Below, piece by piece: positions 51,146-63,411 of a stretch of 64,000 nucleotides of DNA (the stretch's first letter is position 1; each line of letters begins with the position of its first letter). The DNA is from Lytechinus pictus. Lineage: Eukaryota. A model generated the notes under the pieces. That model was not told where the DNA came from. It searched no databases and saw only the letters and a program-made list of their open reading frames with translations. The stretch spans positions 42,348,001-42,412,000 of the forward strand of contig NC_087251.1 in assembly GCF_037042905.1 (NCBI RefSeq), read 5' to 3'. The translations under genes were made by a program, and so were the position numbers.

Positions 51146-53219
51146 TATAGTCAAACATTTTTTCATATTCGGCAACTTTTCATTATCATGAACAGGATAG
51201 GGCCTACAAATCTCGCTGAATAAAAACCAATGAAACCCAAGTCGCGGGCATGACTTAATTGGAACGAGATATTTTAAGTCCTCTGTTCTTGAGAATGCAG
51301 ATTAGGTAAAGTGAGGGCCGCCGAAGCGCGAGCGATTTTAATTTAGGTTCAAATAATGACATGAAAGTTATTTTCCAATTATTCCCCTCCCTTTGAATTT
51401 GAATTTATTAACAAACTTCATTCACTTTTCGCAATTCTTTTCAGCCTGCGCTTAGCGCTCGCAACGTTCGTTTATTACGATATTACCGGGCGATATTACA
51501 TACCTCGAAAAAAAAAATCGCGCTTGTATTATAGTATGTAGACCTGCTTTGTTAAAAACATGTTTAGCTCGCATGATTTTTTTTTAGTTAAGTTCTCATC
51601 CTGTTCGTGGTTCAATAAGCTTCGCGCTTGCATTTATGATTGCATGAAATGTGTATAATGTGCATAATATTATTATGATTTTTTTTTCAAGTTGTCAAAA
51701 CTTTGGGGGGAGCAAATCGATATGGTTGCCCCCCCCCATATAATTATTCATGGGGTCGTTCATCCCCCTGCCCCCGGATCGACATCTCTGTCACCATCAT
51801 TACGATAATTAACATCATCATCAGGGATGGGGGGGGGGGGGGGGTTAGATATCTCATCTCATCAAGAAGCCGCCTCTTGCGTCTCTAGTCAACTCTAATA
51901 TTGACTGCTATAGCTGTGATTAAAAAAAATTGTATTTGAAAGAAATTTTGAGCGCCCTCAAAATGGGAAAAGACTGAAGAATTTGAAATAATTCCTCTTA
52001 CTGCGAGAAGCGCGGAAGCTTAAAACGTTTTATGAAAATAGAGAACAGAAATGATACAATTATGCCTACCTTGTTCACATCAGATTTTATTGTAAAAAAG
52101 TTTATCCACATTAAATTTCGTTAACTCGATCAAGTAGCCAAACAGAGTAGTAGACGGGTATATACAGGAAAGAAATATGCCCTATTCCTTCCCGCGAATG
52201 GCGTTGTTCGAAGGTCTGACTTTTAGAAATTTCTCCGAAACTTTAACCTGTTTTAATTTCTTAGAGTATATATAACTCGATTAAGAAGAAAAACGAGCTC
52301 AGAAGTGAAAGGGATGATGCAAGCTAGAAGAAAGACTTTTTCTTCCTCATATACTCGCGAAGCACGGAAACCTTTGTGATTTATTCTAGGTTTTTTATTA
52401 TTTTGACCCCAAAAAAAGGGGATAAAACAACAACAAAGCTATCCCTTTTCTCCTTTCGTTTTTCTTTTTCTCCCTTTCCCCTTCTTTTTTTTCAAGTTCT
52501 TTTTGGGAGTGATTTTTTTTTTTTTTTTTTGGGGGGGGGGGGGGCCACAGCCCCCACCGCCCCCTGGCTACGTACGCGCCTGCATCGTCACCAATTCACC
52601 ATCATTATGCCCCTTTAGCAGCCCATGCATATCATCATCACCATTCGCTGCCACTCGCGGGTCAGGGAGTTTTTAATGGGGTGCGTTTCGCCTTCCCCCC
52701 AAAATGGGGGGAAAAAAGGAAGAAAAAGAAATAGATCACTAAAAAGAAAGGTCGTTTGGTCTCCATAAGAATTGAATGACAAAAAAATCAATCAATCAAT
52801 TAGGTTTGTAAGACTCCTGTCAATATAGAAAAAGATTAAGACTATTTCATTATGCGACTCTTGAATATAAACAAATGCAGTAGCAAGATTACATAATGAT
52901 ATTGGCCTATATATGCAAACAACGGATTCACGATCACCCCGTTATGTGCCCATCTACCTTTCCAAAAAAAAATAAGTGTGTGTAGTCCCGTGTGTAGTTG
53001 AGTTTTATTCGTGATGAACTTTTATAAAAAAAAAAAAGGAAGATTATATATTGTTGGGAATTCTTGATGTGCCTAAGTTATAAATGAGTCAAGTGCATAT
53101 TCATTATCTTTTATACGAGAAATAGTTTACATTTTCTTCTTTTGATTTAATATACGAGAAAGTCCCAAGGGGGGGGGGGGGGGGTAAAGGGACTCCACGA
53201 AAGAAAGCTGATTTCAGGG

Positions 53220-53415
53220 TAACCCCCTTATTTCCCTTGACCGACACGGCCCGGTACCCGACGCGACGGACGTGCGTGACACATGGTGCTGATCGTCTTT
53301 GGTGCTGATTCATATAACACGTGGGAATACCGGTGCGCGGTATTAAATCTGCTACAGTGCAGTTTACGCGACAGTACCGGTACGAGTGGTGAATAGCGGT
53401 TTCCGAGACTGAAAA
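53220..53415 (+). promoter_or_regulatory. Putative methyltransferase promoter/5'UTR (CpG-rich)
   Basis: Dense CpGs, a CACGTG E-box and TGAC/ACGT motifs directly before the ATG at 53416. Confidence 0.45.
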
Positions 53416-53709
53416 ATGGCTCAATTTCTCAACACTTTTACCAGTAACCGCCACTATTTTGTGGGAGCTGCATTATTAGCAACGTCGAGCATTGCTGCTT
53501 ATTCAACCTACAAACTCTTGAGTCATGATGACAGTCGTTTAGAAGTAGAAAATAAGTATGAAACTGAAAAACTTGTCAACGAATATTTAGTATTTCATTA
53601 CGGGGCTCCCGATGAGTTGCTTCGCTACAGTGTCGGCCCCAGGGATGCCCTGGACTTCCCTCGCAGAGTTGCGGACGAAGCCCTGCACGGCCTTCTCACA
53701 ACAGACAAG
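53416..53709 (+). CDS. Methyltransferase exon 1 (hydrophobic N-terminal segment plus YET...FHYG motif)
   Basis: AAAATGG start, AAG|GTAAAT donor, 98 codons. Confidence 0.9.
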
Positions 53710-56700
53710 GTAAATAAAAATCTTATAACAAATCATGAAAAGGTGCCATATTGTTCACAATATTCGACCTAAAATAGTATAATTTTTTCAGTGCTGAATT
53801 AAATTTTGAATGAATACCTGGTCCAGGGGGGGGGTGTTTCATCAACATTTTCATCCGACAAGTTGTCAGATCTGACATCTTTCTCTAATGTTGATTGGCT
53901 GAGAGGTACTGTTACTATGGTAACTGTCGGATAAAATGGGACTTGTCGGATAAAACGTCCGACAAGTCCTTTCATGAAACGCCCCCCTGGTCGGGCCGCA
54001 TATTTTTTATTTACAAATTACACCATTGGCATGATTGGCATTGCTCCGCCAAACGGCTCGAGGGCAAGTCTAATCTGTGCTCAAGCAAAGCTCTCGGATC
54101 GTTCTCGCGTGAGATTTTGGCTAAGTTCTCAGTGTATGAAGTTGAATATCCTTCTTCTTCCGTTGAGTACAGTCCTCTTTACAGAGTACCGTATAGTCGT
54201 ACTTGGCTGAGGCCGCAATCACAAAAACATATGACATTTGGTGCAGTTGAACAAAACTTACCTCGAGCGATGTTCGTGCAGGCTCCACTCCACTTCTCTA
54301 CCGCTACACTACGCTCCACCTGCCCGAACATCGGGACGGTGAACCAGTTTGGATATATACCGAGTGATAAAGGTGGGATCAAATTCTATGAAATTCTACG
54401 AATCAGTGGAATATTTCCCCAATCTCTTGGAATATTTCTGGTAATTTTCTGAGCCATCCAATATAATCATGCTGTTTGACCAGCGACCCTGGCATGCGAT
54501 GTTTTGATTTTTGAAATCGGCCGTGAAAAATTACATGTGAGGAATTAGATACTCGCCTAAAATCACCAATTTTGAGGATAACCGGAGGATGGACACGGAG
54601 TGAAATAAGGGTGAAGAGTAAGAAATAAAGCTATTTTTCTTTCTCGTTATATTTTTTTCTATAATTTTTACAATAAACCACCATTTGATCCCACCTTTGT
54701 CACTCGGTATATCCGAACTGGTTCACCATCCCGATGGACTCTTGCACTTGGACTCGGAGTTGGACTTCTTAAATCATTGCTCCCTATTTTTAATAATTTT
54801 TTATGAAACCATAGACTGTATGATAGTCTAGAATTAGATCTTGCAGATTTTTCTGAAGAATTATTGCGAGCACAAAGTTTTGAAGGTATAAAGATGAAGG
54901 AAAAATAAATTATTCCAGTTGAAATTAGAATAGATCTAATTGTAATAAATTTTTGTGCAAAGGGTTAAATTAACTTCACTCAGCTTAGTCACAAAGAAAG
55001 TTGACTTATTAAACCTTTGTATGGTCAGTTCCCCCATGTCTGCGCGGTCTCCCAAGTCTGCGCACCCGCGTATCTGCGCGATTCTAGTAAAAGAAGATAC
55101 GCAACGAGCATGAACTTTACACATGCAATACATAGACAGGTATTCATAAAAAAATCCAACTCAAAATGGTGGAAAAATAATGAATTCAGGGCATTTCATG
55201 TGACGACCTCAAAATGCAGCCTTTGTCATCAAAATCCCCGAATCGTGTGCAAAGTGAATGAGTGCGCAGACATGGGGTACCATTTTTTTTTCAATCTGAA
55301 AATGACTGCCCAAAGGTTTTTTCAAGAAAATCTTATATTTTCTTTGATTTTTTAATGAGAAATTAGGTACACTTATTCTTAATAATATAAGGAACACTAT
55401 TAACCAAAAGATTTTGTGAAATAAGAAGAAATTCATGTTAAATCTTAACTCAAATTGTTAGGTGCGCAGACTTGGGGCCCACCATCATAATATACTGCAT
55501 GTCTGTAATAAAATAATAGTAAAAAGGAATGAATTTATTGAATTGTGGTTTGGACAATCTTTTGACAGCAGGTGCCTGTTTTATGAACTTTTTCAAACTG
55601 CATTATAATTATCAGTAAGTAATCAATTGATTATATTGGCTAATGGCATGGTAAACTTGTTATTTGTTTTTCAAACAGGGCTTTATGAAACGGGACCCAG
55701 GAATCAAATTAACAATGCACATTGAAATATCTATTTCATTTTGATTGCAGAGCACAATCCCAAACAGAGCTCTTGACATCGGCTGTGCTGTTGGAAGGAC
55801 CTCTTTTGAGCTGGCGAGAGAATTTGAGCAAGTTGTTGGTATTGATTTCAGTCATGCCTTCATAGAAACATGTAATCTTCTCAAGGATCATGGTTCTTTG
55901 CAGTACTCTGTCACGGATGAGGGAGACCTATGCACGAACCTGACTGCTGTCGTAGATTCAACAATAGTAAGTAGTCCACCCTTTATTTGATTTGGGAAAG
56001 TTCATTCGAGGACCGTATGGGAAACCAAAACAACTCAAAGATATGAAGAAACGGAATGCAACAATACAATCTGTGTACCTGAATTTCAGAATTTCCGATT
56101 GTTTTGTCTAACATAGCAGCAATACCCGCATGAGAGGCGAACAAAGAAATCAGTAAAATATGGCTAAGAGCTGGTTCACATAAATCTAAATATTTCTCTC
56201 TGCAAAATTCCTGACCTATACTGGTAGGCTATTCCAGAGTCTGAGGACTGCAAAACCAATATTCCCCTTTTCTTTCCCAACATTCCCTTTTTCGAGTGAG
56301 CACTGCATTGAAGACCATTCGACTGGAGAGTAGACCAACTTATTACTGGTATTATATTTGTATACATTTTGAATATTGTGTTCTGTAATCCTCTAAGTAT
56401 TTCTGAATACATTTGAGCCCCCCCCCCAATCAGTTGTCAGATAATCATGTACTAAGAATATTTTTCCATACTGCACTTTGACAGAGTATGTAACGCCTGC
56501 TTTTACAAACTTTGCTCATTCTCCTGCAGACGACAAGAACACACTTATCGAAACGTCCAAATTGGGTGGTCCTTTTCAGGACCAACACTTGCGCCCAAGA
56601 AAGATACATGGTGTACCGTGAAACCTACTGCACTATTCTTCTTCGCCGTGGAAACCTTCAGAATTTACATTATTTTTCTCATATTCAATCTAGGATCGAA

Positions 56701-58230
56701 AAAGATGTCACTTTCAGCAAGGCGATGCTTGCAACCTTCCCCTAGATTTGGGCTTGTTTGGTTGTGTGGTGGCGGCTAACCTTATATGTAGATTACCAGA
56801 TCCGATGGACTTTCTGAACAGGGTTCCCGGTCTTGTTGCTTCCGGAGGTTTACTAGTACTCACGACACCAGCTTCCTGGGACACTGAATTTACACCAAAG
56901 GTATAGGATTTCAGCTAGTCCTCGTATCTTTTTTTCCATCATTATCTTCCCTGAAAACCTTACTCTTCTACAAAGCATACGACATTCCATATATTAAGTA
57001 AGGACTACATATTCTTTTTCTTCTCTCTCTGTGCACTGAAAAGATAATACAAATGCATAAAATCACTATTATTTTACATTATTAAAACTCTGAGCAGTTT
57101 GAGTTTGAGATCTGGAGATAAGTCAATGTAAATCCATTCTGATTTTCTTGAGCTTTTTGCAATACCTCATAATTCAAAATTGTTTCCCTTTCTAATGCTC
57201 CCTACAGGCCTCTACAAATTTTTTTTTCATCATTTGCCCGAAAGGGCAAGTGATGAAAATATTTGCTTGCCCGATAGAAAAAACTGCTTGCCCAATTTGT
57301 TTTATTATTTTCTTTCATTATTTTTTTATGACTACTATTATTTTTGAAGGTCATATAAAATAAAAACAATTGAAAATCATGTACAGTAAAGAACACACAT
57401 TTATAAGTTTATTTTCAGCAAAGTAGGCCTGAGTCATTACGTGTATTTTGAAGAAAAAAAATACTATACTAGTAGATCTAAATGGGCGTTTAAGGAAAAG
57501 AAAAAAAAACCTTCACCAAAAGTTGCTAAAATTTCATATTTTGCATCTGTAAATCCATGAATGGTCATCTGTTTGCCAAATTTCCTTGGAATTGTTTTGA
57601 TTTAGTTGGAAATTATTAAGAAAATGAAGAATATTCAGTTCAATGTGAAGTATAACTTAAATGAACTGGGTTCTCTTTCATAAGGACTTGTTAAATAACA
57701 ACAAATGCAAAAAATTCTATATCAAATTTACTATCAGCCATTAATATCAAATAATTTTAGTAGCTTTAAACTGTTACTACAAATTTGTTATATTAGAATA
57801 CGTTTTATGAAACCTGCCCCTGAAAAAGTTTCAGTCTGAAATTGTGATTTTCCCTTTGCGAGCGTGCTAAAATGCATGCTGGTTAGATATGTATGAATAG
57901 CAATTTGCACAGACCTCAACTTGAGATGATACCCGTTTTAACTATGTTTTTAGTGTATATAGAAAAGTATTTATAACACAAAAATATTCAAAAACATTGT
58001 TTTATTCTAGACTGAATTATGATCGTACTTTGAACTCTGAACAGGCCAAGTGGCTTGGAGGCTACAGGGACAAAGATGGCAAACCTGTTACCACTTTGGA
58101 CTCGTTAAAAAGGATTCTAGGGCCCGATTTCACTCTGATGGATGACAGAGGTCTACCCATGTTCATCCGGGAAACCGCGAGGAAAAACCAATGGACAGTG
58201 CCGCAACTTAGCGTCTGGAGACGGAAATGA
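53416..58230 (+). CDS. Stand-alone class I SAM-dependent methyltransferase, OvoA C-terminal-like (putative 5-thio/mercaptohistidine N-methyltransferase family), 300 aa, 4 exons
   Basis: Exons 53416-53709, 55751-55966, 56694-56900 and 58045-58230, all phase 0 GT-AG, from ATG to TGA. Motifs YETEKLVNEYLVFHYG, RALDIGCAVGRTSFELAR (SAM motif I), VVGIDFS, FQQGDACNL, AANLICRL, WLGG, FIRETARKNQ and W-RRK are characteristic of the OvoA methyltransferase domain. Confidence 0.9.
53827..53986 (-). mobile_element. Harbinger-like MITE family B in methyltransferase intron 1
   Basis: Near-identical to the 49940 copy; CAG/CTG flanks. Confidence 0.85.
54329..54736. mobile_element. MITE with ~55-bp TIR
   Basis: CATCGGGACGGTGAACCAGTTTGGATATA..CCGAGTGATAAAGGTGGGATCAAAT and its inverse at about 54684-54736. 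Confidence 0.75.
55020..55489. mobile_element. TA-flanked MITE with GTCTGCGC subrepeats
   Basis: CCCCATGTCTGCGC and CCCAAGTCTGCGCACC on the left; GTGCGCAGACATGGGG and GGTGCGCAGACTTGGGG on the right. Confidence 0.6.
55751..55966 (+). CDS. Methyltransferase exon 2 (SAM-binding motif I)
   Basis: TTGCAG acceptor and GTAAGT donor; encodes STIPNRALDIGCAVGRTSFELAREFEQVVGIDFS... Confidence 0.93.
56694..56900 (+). CDS. Methyltransferase exon 3
   Basis: TAG acceptor and AAG|GTATAG donor; encodes DRKRCHFQQGDACNLPLDLGLFGCVVAANLICRLPDPMDFLNRVPGLVASGGLLVLTTPASWDTEFTPK (absent from the ORF track). Confidence 0.93.
58045..58230 (+). CDS. Methyltransferase exon 4 (terminal)
   Basis: ACAG acceptor; encodes AKWLGGYRDKDGKPVTTLDSLKRILGPDF...FIRETARKNQWTVPQLSVWRRK-stop. 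Confidence 0.92.
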   Translation, partial: AKWLGGYRDKDGKPVTTLDSLKRILGPDFTLMDDRGLPMFIRETARKNQWTVPQLSVWRRK

Positions 58231-59598
58231 TGTCTACGATCCTTCCCGATGATGTTCTGATTTTTGGCGTGTATCAAGGAATATACCTTTCCTAGTATCA
58301 AGTCCCATCGCATCCGTTCTCCTTTCCTTTCCATCTGAGAGCTTCATATAGAAAGTCAAGTTTCTTTCTGCATCTGATTTGACTTTGCTCAATTCTCTGA
58401 TTAAACAGCTTCATTTCAGTTAGTTAGGAGTCAAAAGTTTTAAATCTGGTTTGTCCCTGTTGAATGGGAGTGGCTGGATTCACCTTACACATGTAGTAAT
58501 CACCCTCACCCCCTTCCTCTACCTTGCAAGATTCAGTGCGTCCTCCATCTTAAAACCAACTCCCTAACTTTTCTTCTTTGGCTGTCCTGTTCTCTCTGAA
58601 ACATTTTTATTGGTATTGATACAAGTTAACAGTGTGTAACCACCACTTCCAATTCACATGATTGCATGGTTGATGGGTAAGATCACGAGGAAGAGGGAGG
58701 GGGGGGGGGTGCTGCTGTGTATAAACTGAGAATAGCATCCAGTCAATACAGTCGTAAACATAGGTTTCAATGTTTGTAGTTAAAAAAAATCAAATTATTA
58801 ACTCTTCATCTCTCACCCTGCAGTGTAACATGTGGTGGTAATAGTCTATTTTTGTGGTTTGAGACTCTAAGTCTATGTTTAGGAAAATGTCTATAATAGA
58901 GTTTTTAACTTTCTCCAGGAGTAAATTATTGAACTAGATTTTCAATGTATTATTTATATTTTTTCTGTACACGATAGATAAATGTACGAAGAACTTAAAA
59001 ATTCATGTTCATTTAGAGAAGTGTCCATCCATATTATAATGTGATCTACAGTAATTACTTTAATTAAAGATTAATTGACTTGTATGTTGATAGTCTTTTG
59101 TTTTCTTAAATGATGAATTAAGAATATTATGCAAGTGACATTACAGTGTGTGAGTTAAATTGTTAGTTTTCATTTACTTTATTAATTGGAGACCAAAATT
59201 AAACACTTAAGGCATTTCCTATACTTGGTAATGGTTTGGTCTGAAGTGTGGATGGAAATTGATTGAGCTGAATTTAGTACCTGTCATCAAATTTTAGCAG
59301 TGGGACTATTTATTTTACAAGTGTGACTGTATTTCATATTGCTGAGAATCATGATTTATTCAGAATTTAGTAATGAAGTAATGATCAGTAGATCATATAT
59401 CCTTTTCAAATTGGCAACATTGGTAAGAAGCACCTTGTGGCTGGATTGGTACCACGTAAGTTGGAACCATCACTCACAAGCATTGTTGAATAAATCTATT
59501 GCTATAGTGAAAGTATAGTCACACTGAAACTGACTTCAAAGTTTCAAACCGACCAATGATACGCAATTCAAAATAATGTAATTGCTTTGCTTGATCTG

Positions 59599-59748
59599 GG
59601 CCCTGTTGCAGAAAGAGTCGCGTTTAACGAAAGTAAAAATATCAAGAGAAAGTTCCGAATATCGGTACGGGTGCATCATTGGCTGAAAATCAAGCTGCGC
59701 AAGATTTTTTGAGTTGCGTTAGATCGCAACTCTTTCTGCAATGAGCCC
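59599..59748. mobile_element. Harbinger-like MITE
   Basis: GGCCCTGTTGCAGAAAGAG / CTCTTTCTGCAATGAGCCC. Confidence 0.65.
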
Positions 59749-60031
59749 TGTCTTACAAAGAGATACGATTGATCTGATCGCAACTCTTTCTGCAATGAGC
59801 CCTGTCTTACAAAGAGATACGATTGATCTGATCAACCTCAACTATGGAAAGCCAGCAACGCCCACATCTAAAACTACATGTTTGTTCAAAATATTTTCTT
59901 GATATGATGTATATTCATACATTCACTGTTTTCTTGGCAATTCAGTATGCTTCTCATTGTTTTCAAAGGACATTGAACAGATTTCCTAAAGAAAAAAATT
60001 ATGACATTGATGGATTTCCATATACTTGAGA

Positions 60032-61825
60032 TTAAGCCTGAGTCGAATCGATTTTAAAATCGGTGTTCGATCGATGTCATCGAGCGCCGGTGCAGATTTT
60101 GCAAAATCGGTGCATCGAAAAAAAAAAGAAAAAAAATACATCGGCCGGCAGATTTGTTTGATTCACACAATCAATCATCAAAATAAACAGAAATGTCCAA
60201 CTTGACTACTAGTACTACTTACTTGATTTGTATTCCCCCCAAAATGAAACCGATTGTGTAATTATGATGCCTATTCACCATTAATTTGAAGTTTATTTCG
60301 ATCATAGTTCGAGTCTTACTCGTCTGCTCGTGCCGAGATAATTTATGCACGATGAATTCATGAATGGAAATCATCGATTGTGCAGCGCATGCGCTGTACT
60401 GTGCTTTAATCAAAACAGAAAATGGCCGGAAAATTGACGCAATCAACGTAAAATAAACCTTGCTATCATGAACAATATTAATATCATGACCATAGAACAT
60501 TATTTAATCGTAATATTTGACAATAATTTGCATATGATAATCATTAATATGAATTTAGAGCTTGATGTGAAACGTTTGTATTTCGTTTCAATTTTCAATG
60601 ACGGACATCACATGACGATCGACTTGAGCGAGAACACTTGTCAAAAAAAAAAAATTATCACGTCAGGATTGATTCTCGAACATAATTGTCAACATGCAGA
60701 AACTTTTTCAAGATCGTAATATCTCCATATAATAACATTTTACATCATGTAACATGACAAAACAGAGTAAATTGCGTGATATTTTTTTTCCATCAATTTG
60801 AAGCTAATTTGTGCCCAACTTCGAGCTCTGATTTTCATTAATGGAAAATATGTCCTACGTCAACGAACGCGCATGCGCATTGTGCTTCTTTTTCTCGGAG
60901 CTAGCTAGCTAGCTCCGGAGACGTCCAGGCCAGAGATGGAATTAAAATAAAAAATAATGCCAGTATATTAAATACTATAAATACTTCCATATGAACATGA
61001 AATGCTTTGCTGACATTGTCATTATCTTTAATATGGCCATAAAATCTTATTAAATCGTAATTACTTAACATCCAATAATAATTCATATGAATTTAGTGCT
61101 CGATCCGAGACATATTTATTTCGATTGCATGCTCTTGTCTTGACGTGTCTAAAATTAAAAAAATATGGATTATCATATCAGGATTAATTCTCGAACATCG
61201 TCATTACTCATATTCCACAATCTTTCCTCACAATCGTTATATCAGCATTGAATACCAATTCAAATGACCATCCAGAGAAAATTACGTATTTATTCCCGTC
61301 AATTTGGAGCTCATTTTGGATCTAACTACACAATCTCAGGCAAGTTACAGTGCTCCCGCTGGTTGCACTTTTTTGCTGGCGATGGCCGGGGCTGCGGGCG
61401 GGGGTGGTGTGTGCGAGTCTGGACCGCGAATGCTAGTTGACCGAGAATCGTTCGGATCGACTCTGCGTGATTCATGTCTTTGATATTGTTTCATTTTAAA
61501 CTTATATATTGTCATCTGCAAATATCATTGTTGATGATATTTTGGGAAGAATTCTGCATTGGTCCCGGCTTTTTTGTGTTTTGTGATCATGGAAAATACA
61601 AACGAACTTTGCTCTGTCATCTGCTTGTGCAACGCTCACCCAGCCAGCGCATACCGTCAGTGCATGCAATGCGTGCATAGTGCATCGACGACGCGACGGC
61701 CGGAGCAAAAAAAATATTGACTCGATTTTCCCCGCCGCGCCTTCAAAATTCGATTCATCGATGTTCGATCGAATTAAAGCTGTCGAACACCGGTTTTCAA
61801 AATAATCGATATGACTCAGGCTTAA
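60032..61825. mobile_element. 1.8-kb non-autonomous DNA transposon nested in a Harbinger-like MITE
   Basis: TTAAGCCTGAGTCGAATCGATTTTAAAATCGGTGTTCGA ... TCGAACACCGGTTTTCAAAATAATCGATATGACTCAGGCTTAA; CpG-rich, with no transposase ORF. Confidence 0.8.
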
Positions 61826-62430
61826 ATTGATCGGATCAATCATAACTCTTTGTTAGGAGTCGGTTTCGTTGGTGTGATTGTAGCACAAAGGATTTTTTAA
61901 AAGGAAATATGTTTGAAGTGATGGGAGACTTTTGCAAACTAATGAATCATGAAAGAATGCACCTGGCTTCCTGTTGCGTAAAACTTATTACCATAAAAAA
62001 AAAAAGTGTGGTAAGGATTAAAAACTTGGTTAAATAGTGCTCACGCTTCTGCCATTGACTTTCAATAGATGGAAAAAGATGGTAAAAATTTACCTGTATT
62101 TCTCATGTAAAAGGTTTCATGCAACAGGGCCCTAGGCCTTGTAAGGTTTAGGGATTGATCTTTGAGCCGATTTCTACAATTGATTGTGTTGATTCATTGT
62201 TATAATCAATCACTTAGCTTTATTTGTATGTTACAGCACCAATGTGTGTTTGTGTTTACCCGAGTTAAAGCTAGTGGTAATCAAACAATCTAACTTGGAA
62301 TGATGTGCACCCTTACATGTATAACAATTGGATAGAATCAACTCATCAAGTTGTTTTTTTAATCAGTATTCTGTTTTGCATTGCACAATGTATTTATGCC
62401 TATGTTCTTAGTAATGACTCTGAATCGGTG

Positions 62431-62880
62431 TTAAAGGGGTACTCTAGCCTGAAATTTATTTGGATTGAGTAAATGGAGTACCGTAGTATAAACAAGCAAA
62501 ACACAATTTTATTGAAATTTGTATGAAAAAGAAGGAATTATGGCATTTTAGAATTTTCAGATATTTGTAATAATGTAATATCCCCACTTTATTAATGAAA
62601 TTTAAAATAGGGTTTTTGTTTTGTGTATGATTATTATTTTGCTAAATGAACAATTAAAATTTGATACCGGTAAGTTACAGAATAAAAAGTATGGTGGTAA
62701 CTGTATCATCATCATCTTTATCATTGTATATTCATGACGATATTACTCACAAAAATGATGTAAAACTTGAAATTCTTTAACTTCATTACTTTGCATCTGA
62801 TTTCAGTGAAATTTCCTGTTTTGCATTTTTATTGGACCATTTTCTCATACATTTTACTTTCAGGGAAGAGTATACCCCTT
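62431..62880. mobile_element. Decayed Kolobok-like MITE
   Basis: TTAA-AGGGGTACTCT..CCTGAA / TTCAGG..AGAGTATACCCCTT. Confidence 0.55.
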
Positions 62881-63411
62881 CAGGAAAGCAGGTATTCAAC
62901 TATATGTATGATGGAAACTGTAATACGAGCAATAAATATATATAGATATAATGAAAACATTCATTGTGCATTTGGTGCTGATCATGTACATGTTAATGTA
63001 GTTAGAAAAAAAATTCTAGTGAGGCCTGAAGTTTTTAGTGCAAAAAAAGTTCTTTAACAAATTTGTTAGAGCCCATCTTAGTTTAGTTAAAGCACATGAA
63101 AGTAAATGCAAATGAGCTCATTCAGCAGTAATGTTCAGTGTGGGGATTTAAAGTTTAAACTTTTTTTGGTGGGTGTTAATTGGTACCTAAGGTTAAAGAT
63201 GGTATTTCTTTATGGTCAAATATTGATGCGTCTGGAGAGCCCCTCATGTAAAGTTTCATCAGTGCTTTTCACAGACTTCATGTACACCCATCGGATGAAT
63301 ATTATGGTGCAGTTACTGCAGTCATATTTCCTACGGCAACGAAAACGGCCGTTTTATTCATTTTTATCCAAACCACAGATATGTAGCTGATACAAAAAAT
63401 GTTAAAAACCT

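Noticed and set aside
46420..53220. Upstream OvoA sulfoxide-synthase exons
   Set aside because: Only repeats are visible; no DinB HxxxH or FGE-like coding segments were recognised.
53895..54452. 185-aa ORF inside methyltransferase intron 1
   Set aside because: Runs across two MITEs, starts at TTG and has no protein-like motif.
59489..59494. AATAAA as the methyltransferase poly(A) signal
   Set aside because: Plausible, but there are several ATTAAA alternatives in AT-rich sequence; cannot be assigned without transcript data.
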